Assembly: GCA_040387855.1 (NCBI GenBank)
Contig: JAZKCY010000001.1
Location: 718,922 to 782,921, forward strand
Direction of reading: 5' to 3'
DNA: 64,000 bases
Source of the DNA: Patescibacteria group bacterium
GTDB taxonomy: Bacteria > Patescibacteriota > Minisyncoccia > Phycocordibacterales > JAKAEA01
Positions 7,736 through 16,812 of the stretch are shown here, piece after piece. The translations under genes were made by a program, and so were the position numbers. Each line of letters begins with the position of its first letter. Position 1 is the stretch's first letter. Under the pieces are notes generated by a model. The model saw only the letters and a program-made list of their open reading frames with translations. It was not told the DNA's origin and did not search any database.

Positions 7736-10671
7736 TAAATACCCATCATTGTTTTAGTTTGGCTGATAGCCGATGCAGCAGTATACGATGGCATCCAGTT
7801 GTCTTTTGACTGTTTTCGAGCTTCTCTAATAAAGGTGTCAAAATTTGGTTTTGTAGTCTGTGTAGCCGATGGACTTGTAGTATTTTGAAGCACTGTAAAT
7901 ACAGAACTCTGCGGTACAAGACCGTCAATTTTATTATTTCTTATGACAATATTACTTGAAGATGTTCGCCACGGGGCGGTGTTACTTGGTCGTACTCTAT
8001 ACAATTCAAATGCAACAGGCCACTTGTAAAATGTATTATTTTCTATGGTTATGTTATGAAATCCCACAGCATCATTTTGATAGGCACCATCTCCTGGCTC
8101 GAAACGAATAGCTCCATAAATTGGAGTTGTAGATTCATTGTAGGCAATAATGTTATTTGAAATTTCAACGCTTCTAATATTTGCTAGTTCGATTCCAAAA
8201 CCTCGAGGACCAGCATTTGGGCCTGAATCTATTGAACGTGTTCCCAACATAACATTATTAATAATTTTTCCTGTAACTCCTTTTGGAAACGTTTGTCCAT
8301 CTCCACGAACAAGTCCAAATGTCATATTCATTGGATTATTGTAGTAAAAATTCCCCTCAACTATTCCTCCACCTCTCACTTGAGTTCCGTGACTCGATGC
8401 ATTTGCTACAATATTATTACGTATTACCACTCCCCAGTTCATTGCATGAATGTACATATTGTGATCATAAATGGTACTTCCTGAGCCATCCAATTTTCTT
8501 CCGTTATTATCAACAACGTTATCTTCAATGATAAGTCCATTTACACCATATGCATAAATTCCCTGCGGCTTACCTCCCGATTTGTAGTTATCAACTATCA
8601 CTGAACGGCGAATAGTTATATTAGTCATAACTGGTCTATCGTTGGGTGTGTACACAAGTGGCCCTGATGAAAACACAATGCCTTTATTATGTCTTTCAAT
8701 GTAACAATCTTCAATGAGAATATTTCCTCCGCCGTTTGATGTACCTTCAAGTCCAATACCATTACCATTATTATTTCCTTTGAAATGAATACCTACAACA
8801 GCAAAATTTCTTGTATTAAATTCAAAAAACAATCCAAAATCTGAAGAAGTTATAATTGGACGAGCACCTGAACCATATGAAGTGAGTACAAATTTATCTG
8901 AATTTGATCGTCCTGAAACAACTTTGCCGTTTACAGAATTTCTAACCATACCATTCCAAGTATCCCCTTTTTTTAATCTAATCTGATCTGGATATCCTAG
9001 TCGAACTTGAGAAAATGCTTTAGCTATTGTCTTAAGTGGACTATCAATAGTTCCACTGTTTGCATCATTTCCTTCTGAACTAGACACATGTATAACCTTT
9101 GAATCAAATTTAGGTGAAATATTTGTATACCCGGTTATATTCGGATCAACAGGTAATGATGCGTTGACAATAGTTTGTGCTGTAAGTGATGTTGTACCAC
9201 CATTACCTACACAATTAATTATAAATATTTTTGTGCCTGTTGTAGTGATATTTGATAAAACCACCTCTCCTGTCGCACTTTGATTTCCACTCCAATCACC
9301 TGAAGCAGAACATCCTGTTGCATTAGTTGAACTCCATTGGATTCGAATATTTCCACCACTCGTAATCACTGGTGTAGCGTTCAATGTAACTACAGGCTTC
9401 AGACTTACTACAGGTGGAGTTACTGGTGGAGTAGTTGAATCTGTAACTGTAAACGTAATAGTTGTAGGTGTTCCCGCAACAAGTACACCATTAATCTGCT
9501 TATATGGAGTTGCAACCACGCTATGTGCACCTACCGTAGGAGTCCAAGCATTTGGTCCTTGCGCACCATCTCCAGCAAAAAAGAATGGCGCTTGAGATTG
9601 GGTTTGAAAATTGGCATTGCCATCATATCCAAACTTGACCTGCACAACATCTGCGGCAACATTTGCTTTAATGTTTATATTTTTGGAAGTAAGCGCTCCA
9701 AGATTAATGGTATTTCCAGAATTAAGACTCGTAAAACCAGGAACAATAGTTGTTGAATTTGCATAATACAATGACAAGCTATCAATTTTTGCTGAAGCAA
9801 CTGGTGCAGCAACACTAAATCGAATAACTTTTGGAGTTCCTGAAATAAAAGTACTTCCTGCTTGTTTAAACGGAGTAATAGTCAATGTGTGATTACCCAC
9901 TGTTGGCGTCCATGCATTCAATTTGCCAACTCCGTAGTCCCCCGCAAATGAATATGGTGCTGTAGCTTGAGAGGAATAATTGTCTTTTGTATCATATCCA
10001 AATTGGATTTTTGCAATCATCTCATTAGCATTTGGTTCTGCTAAAATATTTAGATTTTTAGTACCAATCTTATCAAAATCAATCACAGCTCCATCTTGAA
10101 ATACGAAATTCGCAACTGGCTTTTGGGTATCAGTATTAATTAATACTACTGTAGATATTTGTGTGGGAGGGGCAACATCAATGACGGTAAACTGAACTGA
10201 CAATGCGCGTCCAATGGTTCCTGTCGCATTTGTTTTTGAATATGGAGTAGCCTTAATAGTATGAGTACCTGTCGTAGGAGTCCATGCCCCATAATCAGTA
10301 CCTGAATCTCCTGCAAAAGAATATGGTGCTGTTACTTCAGTTGAAAAATTTGTAGTACTATCGTATGCAAAACGAACACTACCCACCGTGGCAGGATTTG
10401 TCTTAGCAACTAAATTGAGATTACGAGTGGGTAATGTCGCTAAGTTGAGTGTAGTTCCATTAGTAAAATTTTCATATCCAGGAATCACTTGATTTGAATC
10501 TGCATTTATGAGACTAAATCCAGTCACTGATGTAGAAGTGGTAAGCTGGGCAACAATTTGATTTACTGCTGCTGTAAATGACATATTATTTGTCATCAAC
10601 GCTCTTACAAAGACAAAGCTACCAATAAAAACTGCGAGTAATGCAACCGAAAGTGAGATTTTTTTTATCAC
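7735..10671 (-). CDS. large secreted protein: signal peptide, three tandem ~110-aa Ig-like repeats, and a C-terminal right-handed parallel beta-helix (pectin-lyase-fold) domain
   Basis: The 978-aa product has a GTG start, a signal peptide 'MIKKISLSVALLAVFIGSFVFVRA', and three repeats each containing '...APYSFAGD.G...AWTPT.G.H...TPY/FK'. The C-terminal half is N/G-rich with beta-helix turn motifs such as 'NILIEDCYIERHNKGIVF' and 'NNVVDNNG'. Confidence 0.8.
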   Translation of the reverse strand: MIKKISLSVALLAVFIGSFVFVRALMTNNMSFTAAVNQIVAQLTTSTSVTGFSLINADSNQVIPGYENFTNGTTLNLATLPTRNLNLVAKTNPATVGSVRFAYDSTTNFSTEVTAPYSFAGDSGTDYGAWTPTTGTHTIKATPYSKTNATGTIGRALSVQFTVIDVAPPTQISTVVLINTDTQKPVANFVFQDGAVIDFDKIGTKNLNILAEPNANEMIAKIQFGYDTKDNYSSQATAPYSFAGDYGVGKLNAWTPTVGNHTLTITPFKQAGSTFISGTPKVIRFSVAAPVASAKIDSLSLYYANSTTIVPGFTSLNSGNTINLGALTSKNINIKANVAADVVQVKFGYDGNANFQTQSQAPFFFAGDGAQGPNAWTPTVGAHSVVATPYKQINGVLVAGTPTTITFTVTDSTTPPVTPPVVSLKPVVTLNATPVITSGGNIRIQWSSTNATGCSASGDWSGNQSATGEVVLSNITTTGTKIFIINCVGNGGTTSLTAQTIVNASLPVDPNITGYTNISPKFDSKVIHVSSSEGNDANSGTIDSPLKTIAKAFSQVRLGYPDQIRLKKGDTWNGMVRNSVNGKVVSGRSNSDKFVLTSYGSGARPIITSSDFGLFFEFNTRNFAVVGIHFKGNNNGNGIGLEGTSNGGGNILIEDCYIERHNKGIVFSSGPLVYTPNDRPVMTNITIRRSVIVDNYKSGGKPQGIYAYGVNGLIIEDNVVDNNGRKLDGSGSTIYDHNMYIHAMNWGVVIRNNIVANASSHGTQVRGGGIVEGNFYYNNPMNMTFGLVRGDGQTFPKGVTGKIINNVMLGTRSIDSGPNAGPRGFGIELANIRSVEISNNIIAYNESTTPIYGAIRFEPGDGAYQNDAVGFHNITIENNTFYKWPVAFELYRVRPSNTAPWRTSSSNIVIRNNKIDGLVPQSSVFTVLQNTTSPSATQTTKPNFDTFIREARKQSKDNWMPSYTAASAISQTKTMMGI
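9410..10500. repeat. three tandem ~330-bp intragenic repeats encoding Ig-like modules
   Basis: The protein-level repeat motif YSFAGD...AWTPTxGxH occurs three times, at about aa 60-420 of the 7735..10671 product. Confidence 0.6.
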
Positions 10672-10674
10672 TGA

Positions 10675-12087
10675 ATGCCCATTAATAAATTAGTAATCAA
10701 AATATACTCATGTATTATACTATATACATATAATATGAAGCTAACCTCAAACATATATAACAAAGTAATAAAATCTATAGTTGGTCTAGTTTTATTCCTA
10801 GCCTTTTTTATTGTCTGCGCCTACTCTTATGATCCTGATTTGGGTTGGCACATTAAATCAGGACAGTACATAGTTGAAAATGGAATACCAACATACGATA
10901 TTTTCTCATATAGCGCATCAAGCTTTGAATGGATTAATCACGAATGGCTGTATAGTGTTTTAATTTCACAACTTCATGCTCTTGGAGGAGAACTTTTACT
11001 TTCACTAGTAATAGCCGGATTGTGGACTGCTGGAATACTACTTGCTAGTAGAAAATATGAGCCTTTAATCCTCATAGCAGCTGGTATCTCTATTATTTCA
11101 TTTGCAGGTATTAGACCTTCAGTATTTGCTCTTTTGTTTTTTGTACTTTTAGAAAGAATCTTAGAAAAGATATCTACCCAAACAAATAAACTACCTTTTT
11201 TAATTTCATTAATCCTGCTGTTTTTAGTTTGGGCAAATATTCATGCAAGCTTTCCCTTAGGCTTTGTTGTTCTTATTATTTTTGCTTGTTCTCACAAAAA
11301 GACTATTCCTTGGTATATATATGCTACATGTATTCTCGCATCATTTGTAAATCCATATGGGCCTCACATATATGTAGAAATTTTTAGAACTCTTACAAGT
11401 AATGATTTGCGTGCCTATGTATCAGAATGGCAAGGGTATATCATCCCCATCACCTATTTCTTTACGATATTGCCGTTACTTTTAATGTATGTTTTTGGGA
11501 AAAAGAAAGCGATCTTCGATCGTAAATACCTGTTCTCTTGTATTTTATTCTGCGCAAGTATTGTAAGCACACGTTTTTTCTTATTCTTTACAGCATACAG
11601 CCTCAGATACTTGGAAGATTATTTTATAAAATTCCGTTCGTACATTAGATCCAAAGTATCAAATGTAAGTTTTGTATATACTTATGTACTAATAGGATGC
11701 AGTATCTTTTTTGTTGGTCTCACAGAACGAGTCTCTCACGGGCAGTATTATCCAGTTCAGGCTGTGGCATATCTTCAACAAAATGCCTGTCCTGGCAATC
11801 TTTTTAATTTTTATGATTATGGAGGATATCTTATTTGGAAATTGCCTTCACATAAAGTATTTATCGATGGACGAATGCCCACATGGCGAACAGATACAGA
11901 AAATTATATGGCAGATTATGTGCGCGCAATACATGATACCGAATTTAGAAAAACTCTTTTTGATACCCATACTATTAAGTGTGTTTTATTTCCCCACACA
12001 GCAACAAATCTAATCAGCGATTTAAAAACACAAGGTTGGAATGTTTTAATTGCTGATTCTACGAGTATTCTCTTGATTCAACAATAA
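10675..12087 (+). CDS. polytopic membrane protein, probable GT-C-fold glycosyltransferase
   Basis: The 470-aa product has 10 or more TM helices. The first extracytoplasmic loop carries 'YDPDLGWHIKSG...DIFSYS...WINHEWL', an acidic DxD-like motif in loop 1 that is typical of ArnT/PMT-like GT-C enzymes. The true start may be the internal Met at 10735. Confidence 0.5.
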   Translation: MPINKLVIKIYSCIILYTYNMKLTSNIYNKVIKSIVGLVLFLAFFIVCAYSYDPDLGWHIKSGQYIVENGIPTYDIFSYSASSFEWINHEWLYSVLISQLHALGGELLLSLVIAGLWTAGILLASRKYEPLILIAAGISIISFAGIRPSVFALLFFVLLERILEKISTQTNKLPFLISLILLFLVWANIHASFPLGFVVLIIFACSHKKTIPWYIYATCILASFVNPYGPHIYVEIFRTLTSNDLRAYVSEWQGYIIPITYFFTILPLLLMYVFGKKKAIFDRKYLFSCILFCASIVSTRFFLFFTAYSLRYLEDYFIKFRSYIRSKVSNVSFVYTYVLIGCSIFFVGLTERVSHGQYYPVQAVAYLQQNACPGNLFNFYDYGGYLIWKLPSHKVFIDGRMPTWRTDTENYMADYVRAIHDTEFRKTLFDTHTIKCVLFPHTATNLISDLKTQGWNVLIADSTSILLIQQ

Positions 12088-12128
12088 ATGTTGAGAAACA
12101 AACTTAAGTATAGTAGTATAGACGGACT

Positions 12129-12210
12129 GGGCGAGTGGCGGAATTGGTATACGCGCTAGTCTTAGGAACTAGTTCCTCACGGATTGGGAGTTCGAGTCTC
12201 CCCTCGCCCA
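12129..12210 (+). tRNA. tRNA-Leu (anticodon TAG), type II
   Basis: Acceptor gggcgag/ctcgccc; anticodon stem ctagt/actag with loop ctTAGga; long variable arm; T-arm gggag-ttcgagt-ctccc; discriminator A. Confidence 0.85.
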
Positions 12211-12223
12211 CAGTCAAGCAAAG

Positions 12224-12265
12224 AACCTTACAAAGCTTTTATGGCTCTATGTAAGGTTTTTTTGT
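12224..12265 (+). terminator. rho-independent terminator after tRNA-Leu(TAG)
   Basis: Stem aaccttaca/tgtaaggtt followed by ttttttg. Confidence 0.6.
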
Positions 12266-12277
12266 GTATCTCATCTA

Positions 12278-12307
12278 TTGACAAATAGGCACATATTGTG
12301 ATATAAT
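12278..12307 (+). promoter_or_regulatory. near-consensus sigma70 promoter driving the high-GC island
   Basis: -35 TTGACA at 12278-12283; an 18-nt spacer ending in TG (extended -10); -10 TATAAT at 12302-12307. A GGAG/AAGG ribosome-binding site precedes the ATG at 12376. Confidence 0.6.
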
Positions 12308-12375
12308 ACAGTCTGGTCCTTTGACAACCCAATCTACAACACAAACACCACGTAGTACGTGGAGAAAGGCACCCG

Positions 12376-13632
12376 ATGAACCCAGTTACACAACTGATCA
12401 TTGGTGGAGTGGCGTTCCTCGTGTGCGCCCTCCTCCTCGACATCCTCTGCGAAGAGGTGTGGAGGCCGCTCAAGCCCAAGTTCATGCGTTCGTTGTTTGG
12501 CCGTAAAAAGCGGAACGACGACGATGACAACAAGCCTCAGCACGATAGTGAGGTGAAGCGTTGGAGAAAGTTGAGGACTGCGTTTGCACTAACATTCGCA
12601 GCGATCTGCTTCTTCCTCCCCTTGTTCCTCATGCGACTTGCTCTACAAGACATCGACCCTCGGCTCAACCAGCTGATGGTGTTTGTGAGCTTGTACATCA
12701 TGTGGCATTTCGTGTCTGATGTCCTGCCGAAAATTAGCGTGTACGTGCCGGAAGGACAAGGACTCCTTACCCTCAACCAGTTCACGAAGAAGTTCGTCAT
12801 CTACGGACAGGGATTTAGCTTCCGTTTCCCTTGGGAGACGGTGCACGAGAAGAACCACATCTCGCTCCAGGACCTTACAATCCAGGTGCGCAAGATCAGC
12901 ATCCCCACCAAGGGTGCGAAAATCTACTTGTCGTTCCAGTTCAGCTGGAAGCCGCGTCTGAGCGACCTCGACGTGTTCTTCCAGATCGGTGGCAACATGG
13001 CTGAAGGAGTGTCGGAGAGGTTCCGCGCTATCTTCGAGGAGTTCTTTACCTCGCAGATTCGTCGGATACCTGCCGAAGTCGCTAGCAATGGGCAAATGAT
13101 CCTGAGCTGGTTGGCCCGGTCGGTGTTTGACATCGATCAAGACGAGATCAACCTTGATGACCCAAAAATCAGGAAGATCTACGAAAGGATGTCGAAGTAC
13201 GTCACCCTCGACGGCCAGCAAGGTGCGTTGAGGAATACCCGTCGTGCTCGTGAGCGCAAGTTCGGTGTCGACATGAATACCGTTGAGATAACGGACTTCG
13301 ATTTCGACAGGGATGTCCAAGAGGCACGGAACGCCATCGACATCCTTCGCAAGATGGGCCCGGCTATGCGAAAAAGCATGGGCATCAGTCAGGAGGCTTG
13401 GGAGAAGACCTATGTTAACCCTGACGATCCTGGCGCTCATCAGAGATACCTTGAGCTGTTTCAACAGTTTACGGTCATCACGAAGGACGCCAAGTCAACT
13501 ATCGTCGCAATCCAAGGCGGTAGTAATCAGGGTGATCCGCTGGTGCGAGCTGCTCTTGCAGAGCTTGCGGCCAAATCTCCCGATCCTGTGTTCCAAGCGG
13601 CGTTTGCCCAACTCTTGGCTGCAATGAAGTAA
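12376..13632 (+). CDS. SPFH/band-7 (flotillin/stomatin/HflKC-like) membrane protein, encoded in a high-GC island
   Basis: The 418-aa product has N-terminal TM helices. Its SPFH-like core reads 'VPEGQGLL...FVIYGQGFSFRFPW-ETVHEKNHISLQDLTIQVRKISIPTKGAKIYLSFQFSWKP', compared with the family pattern V.E.E.GVV.rfG..pGlhf.iP..d.v.kvd.R.q..d...q.v.TkD. A later stretch 'FGVDMNTVEITDFDFDRDVQEARNA' matches 'GIEV.sV.I.Di.pP.eVq.Af' and is followed by a helical tail. GC is about 55-58%, against about 38% in the flanks. Confidence 0.55.
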   Translation: MNPVTQLIIGGVAFLVCALLLDILCEEVWRPLKPKFMRSLFGRKKRNDDDDNKPQHDSEVKRWRKLRTAFALTFAAICFFLPLFLMRLALQDIDPRLNQLMVFVSLYIMWHFVSDVLPKISVYVPEGQGLLTLNQFTKKFVIYGQGFSFRFPWETVHEKNHISLQDLTIQVRKISIPTKGAKIYLSFQFSWKPRLSDLDVFFQIGGNMAEGVSERFRAIFEEFFTSQIRRIPAEVASNGQMILSWLARSVFDIDQDEINLDDPKIRKIYERMSKYVTLDGQQGALRNTRRARERKFGVDMNTVEITDFDFDRDVQEARNAIDILRKMGPAMRKSMGISQEAWEKTYVNPDDPGAHQRYLELFQQFTVITKDAKSTIVAIQGGSNQGDPLVRAALAELAAKSPDPVFQAAFAQLLAAMK

Positions 13633-13653
13633 CCTTTCTACAGGAGAAACATC

Positions 13654-14004
13654 ATGGCCAAGAATAAAGGCCAAGACAACAAGTCCGACGACAAGAAACC
13701 GGATGACAAGAAACCGGAACAGAAGAAGTCGCCGGAGCAGATCAACCAAGACGAGATGAAAAATCGCTCGTCAGCGTGGATGAAAGAAGGTCGCGAGAAC
13801 GGCACTAATGGATACAAAGAGTTCTACCCGCGAAATCGTCGCGGAGGATTCTACATCCTGCATGTCATTTTCGCGCTCTGGATCGTGTACGTGGTGATCC
13901 ACACCGCGCGCGAAGAGAAGTCCAAACCCAAGCTCAAACCCCAAGAAAGGAGTGTCCCGAAATGGACAGTAAACACAGCTGGATCGCCCTCCCTATCAGC
14001 GTGA
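13654..14004 (+). CDS. small hypothetical membrane protein (Lys/Asp-rich N-terminus, one TM helix)
   Basis: The 116-aa product lies in the island, is high-GC, and has the TM helix 'FYILHVIFALWIVYVVIHTA'. It is co-directional with the island's SPFH gene. Confidence 0.5.
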   Translation: MAKNKGQDNKSDDKKPDDKKPEQKKSPEQINQDEMKNRSSAWMKEGRENGTNGYKEFYPRNRRGGFYILHVIFALWIVYVVIHTAREEKSKPKLKPQERSVPKWTVNTAGSPSLSA

Positions 14005-14606
14005 TCGTCCTAGCGTTCATCCTCCGAGACTCAGTCTCTACGTTGGTGAACAAGTGGACGACACCCGTGAGGGAGCCGACGATGCAGGAGGCCGTCGACA
14101 AGTTCAATGCCGATAAGGCACGTATCGTGGCTGAGCAGCAAGCTGCCGCGAAAGCAACGGAAGCCATGAAGGCTTCCTTGCTCGGACCGGATTCAACGGC
14201 TTCATCGCCCACGAGTTCGACAACACCGAGCGGAACGCGGATCACACCGCCGCCCGTGTTCGTGTACCAGCCGGGCACAACGCCCGACTACCTACCCTGG
14301 CCAGATGGCAGGGCAGCGCTCATCGCCCCGAGCAGGTTCGATGGCCCACTTGAAGAAGTGAGCATGCGCGCACAAGACTACTACCCTGGCCTGCCTGCAG
14401 GTGTGGTCTACGATTGCGTGATTGTCGTAGAAACCGGAAAGCAAATCTGGATCTACGGCAATGGCTTCCGCGATTCGGCAGCTCATCGACTGCCGGCTCA
14501 TACCGACCTTAGCGGAAAGCCGCTACCGCGGTACCGGCTCATCGACATGATGTCGGTGAACGAGAGTCCCGTAAAGGTGACCCTCGAGTTCAACCGGAAG
14601 AAGTAG
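13962..14606 (+). CDS. hypothetical membrane-anchored protein (N-terminal signal-anchor, Ser/Thr/Pro-rich linker, C-terminal beta-rich domain)
   Basis: The 214-aa product has the N-terminus 'MDSKHSWIALPISVIVLAFIL'. It overlaps the preceding small ORF by 43 nt, so the start is uncertain. It is high-GC. Confidence 0.5.
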   Translation: MDSKHSWIALPISVIVLAFILRDSVSTLVNKWTTPVREPTMQEAVDKFNADKARIVAEQQAAAKATEAMKASLLGPDSTASSPTSSTTPSGTRITPPPVFVYQPGTTPDYLPWPDGRAALIAPSRFDGPLEEVSMRAQDYYPGLPAGVVYDCVIVVETGKQIWIYGNGFRDSAAHRLPAHTDLSGKPLPRYRLIDMMSVNESPVKVTLEFNRKK

Positions 14607-14658
14607 CCGTTGTAGATCGGGCGAAGCAGTTCATTGTGACTTCGGTCACACAAGCCAA

Positions 14659-14697
14659 GCGAGATTTCATTGTACGCAATGAGGTCTCGCTTTTTTA
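14659..14697 (+). terminator. rho-independent terminator closing the high-GC island
   Basis: A 14-bp stem gcgagatttcattg/caatgaggtctcgc (two G·U pairs) with loop tacg, followed by tttttt. A small UUCG-tetraloop hairpin 'tgtgacttcggtcaca' sits just upstream. Confidence 0.6.
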
Positions 14698-14721
14698 TTA
14701 CTCAAATCTCACTTTTTATAC

Positions 14722-14762
14722 AAAAAAAATAACCGCTTACACATGTAAGCGGTTATTTTTTA
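14722..14762. terminator. bidirectional terminator (A-tract / palindrome / T-tract)
   Basis: 'aaaaaaaataaccgcttacacatgtaagcggttattttt'. It overlaps the stop codon of the minus-strand pilin-like gene that ends at 14760. Confidence 0.65.
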
Positions 14763-15152
14763 AAATGATCCCTTATCTATAGTCGATGGAGTAAGGATTG
14801 TATCACCATTTAAATCTTCTGCTGTTCCACCATCTGTGACAGTGCTGAAAATAAACTGTGTGATTCCAAACGCTGAGAGCATGATTGCCATACCGATGAC
14901 TGCCCAAATCATATGCTTCCGTCCTTTATCTCTCTCCTCACTACTTGCTGCATTCCAGAGATATTTTACTGCCCCATAAAGGAAATATATAAGAGCTACT
15001 GCAAACAAAAGCCAAATAAGTGGAGCTACTATTTCACTAAGAATCTTATCAACTACGGGCTGAGCCGCTCCTAATGCAGATGCTCCTAACATAATATCTT
15101 TGTAATAATTAGTCGAGAATTTCTGGCTGTGCCTGAACTCCAGGAATTTCAC
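14760..15152 (-). CDS. TrbC/VirB2-like (type IV secretion pilin-like) small membrane protein, paralog 1 (no signal peptide)
   Basis: It carries the 2-TM module shared with the four upstream genes ('IVAPLIWLLFAVALIYFLYGAVKYLW...RKHMIWAVIGMAIMLSAFGI'). An alternative start at Met21 (15092) would remove the 44-nt overlap with the upstream gene. Confidence 0.6.
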   Translation of the reverse strand: MKFLEFRHSQKFSTNYYKDIMLGASALGAAQPVVDKILSEIVAPLIWLLFAVALIYFLYGAVKYLWNAASSEERDKGRKHMIWAVIGMAIMLSAFGITQFIFSTVTDGGTAEDLNGDTILTPSTIDKGSF

Positions 15153-15504
15153 TACTATTTAGCTGAGCTGGATCCAAACCGAATGCACTGATGAGAAGTC
15201 GTGAAATACCGAAAATACCGAGGATAACGGTAACACCAACGATTGACCATACGAGGAATTCTCGTGCCTTCTTTGCATCTTCAGGTCCTTTTGCAAGGAT
15301 AACTCGGATAACTCCGATGATGAACATTACGATCGCAAGCGCAATGAAGAACGGAATAGCGTAGTTTAATACGTTAGTCAAGTTCATAATTGTCGATGTA
15401 AGTCCATCGGCATTGAATCCACTTGGATCGATATCCTGTGCAGATGCCATTGATGGTACAAGTACCAATGCAAACATGAGTGCTGCTACTATTTTCTTTT
15501 TCAT
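15109..15504 (-). CDS. TrbC/VirB2-like pilin-family protein, paralog 2
   Basis: The 131-aa product has the signal peptide 'MKKKIVAALMFALVLVPSMASA' and the C-terminal 2-TM module 'NYAIPFFIALAIVMFIIGVIRVIL...AREFLVWSIVGVTVILGIFGI'. Confidence 0.65.
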   Translation of the reverse strand: MKKKIVAALMFALVLVPSMASAQDIDPSGFNADGLTSTIMNLTNVLNYAIPFFIALAIVMFIIGVIRVILAKGPEDAKKAREFLVWSIVGVTVILGIFGISRLLISAFGLDPAQLNSSEIPGVQAQPEILD

Positions 15505-15604
15505 ACTACTATTATTTATAACGATGACCTTGCTAATAAAAAACTATATAGTGTAATTATCTCTTATTTCAACTAAAAAGACAACACAACTGTGGATATC
15601 TTAC

Positions 15605-16306
15605 TTATGTTGTATCTACTGGAAAACCAGGTGGCGTTGGCCCGGTGCCTGGAGGATAATAATCAACACCATCTGGAACTGATGATTCACAGCCGTTACT
15701 ATTTATAGTTCCAAAAACCATTCCACTGAGCAATCGTGCAATTCCCCACAAGCTAAGGATAGCGGTCATTCCTATAATACTAAACACAATAAATCTTCTA
15801 CCATCTTCAATCTTTTTTGGATCTCCACTAAAGATGTATTTTATTACACCTATAATAAATCCAATAAAGGCAACAAGGATAAGAAACGGAACAAGATAAT
15901 TACCAGCATTAACAATTTGACCTATTACATTTTCCAAAGAACTTGTTGGACCTGATGTTGGTGAAACTACACAAACTAATGGTGATTCTGCGCTTGGAAA
16001 AAAAGATCCTTTAACCAAAAGGGCTAATCCCCACACAGAGAGCATGACACTTACGGTGATAATACCGTACACAATATAGCTCCGTGCCTCTGCTATTTTT
16101 TTGGGATCAGCACTATATATATACTTAATGATACCTATAATAAATCCAATCAATGCTAATAAGAAAAATAAAGGGACAAGTGCATTTGCAATACCAATAA
16201 GCATGCCCACTAAATCTTTTAGATTTTTGGGATCATCGGCAAATACCTGATTCGGTAGGAGAATTAGTGCTAGGGTTATAATTGTTATTAATTTTTTAAA
16301 CATCAA
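15605..16306 (-). CDS. TrbC/VirB2-like pilin-family protein with two tandem pilin modules, paralog 3
   Basis: The 233-aa product has a signal peptide and two copies of the module ('LVPLFFLLALIGFIIGIIKYIYSADPKKIAEARSYIVYGIITVSVMLSVWGLALL' and 'LVPFLILVAFIGFIIGVIKYIFSGDPKKIEDGRRFIVFSIIGMTAILSLWGIARLL'). The C-terminus is Pro/Gly-rich. Confidence 0.65.
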   Translation of the reverse strand: MMFKKLITIITLALILLPNQVFADDPKNLKDLVGMLIGIANALVPLFFLLALIGFIIGIIKYIYSADPKKIAEARSYIVYGIITVSVMLSVWGLALLVKGSFFPSAESPLVCVVSPTSGPTSSLENVIGQIVNAGNYLVPFLILVAFIGFIIGVIKYIFSGDPKKIEDGRRFIVFSIIGMTAILSLWGIARLLSGMVFGTINSNGCESSVPDGVDYYPPGTGPTPPGFPVDTT

Positions 16307-16324
16307 AATAGTATTTAAACCATG

Positions 16325-16810
16325 TTAATCTGCCTCGGGTGCTGCACAAATACTTGCTCCTGGATTGAAGCTTGTTGTAATACTTGAAACTGTATTAAAT
16401 ACGACTTTTGCAATAACAGATGCTCCTAAAAGAATTGCCAATCCAATAACCGTTGTATAGAACGTACTCTTTGCTTTCTGAATTTCTTCAGGTTTACCTT
16501 GAGCTTTAATGAACAGGAATCCCGCCCAAATGATAAATAACACTCCTACAATTGCTCCAATCTCAGCTACAATATTTAGAATTTGATTAATAAGATCGCA
16601 TAAGTTCCCTATTCCGCTATCATCATCAAAAGGATTATCTAAAGCAACATCGGGCAAACCACCTGGAACAGTGGGCTCCTCACCTCCAGTGACAACAGGC
16701 GGTGCTGGAGGTGTTACTGCATCAACAGCATATACATTTCTCTGACCTACTGACGTAATAGCCAGCAGCATAAATAGCAACCCAGCTAATATTTTACAGA
16801 ATTTTTTCAT
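16325..16810 (-). CDS. TrbC/VirB2-like pilin-family protein, paralog 4
   Basis: The 161-aa product has a signal peptide and the module 'IVAEIGAIVGVLFIIWAGFLFIKAQGKPEEIQKAKSTFYTTVIGLAILLGASVIA'. Confidence 0.65.
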   Translation of the reverse strand: MKKFCKILAGLLFMLLAITSVGQRNVYAVDAVTPPAPPVVTGGEEPTVPGGLPDVALDNPFDDDSGIGNLCDLINQILNIVAEIGAIVGVLFIIWAGFLFIKAQGKPEEIQKAKSTFYTTVIGLAILLGASVIAKVVFNTVSSITTSFNPGASICAAPEAD

Positions 16811-16812
16811 AA

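Noticed and set aside
12643-13464. 273-aa ORF on the minus strand (plus several 60-100-aa ORFs) inside the high-GC island
   Set aside because: It is antisense to the SPFH gene, which has clear homology. Long stop-free antisense frames are expected in about 57% GC DNA. No SD or family similarity.
14607-14700. att-site-like direct repeat of the tRNA-Leu 3' end at the far boundary of the island
   Set aside because: I looked for a copy of '...gagtctcccctcgcccaca'. Only a weak resemblance ('gaggtctcgc') exists inside the terminator stem, which is not convincing as attR.
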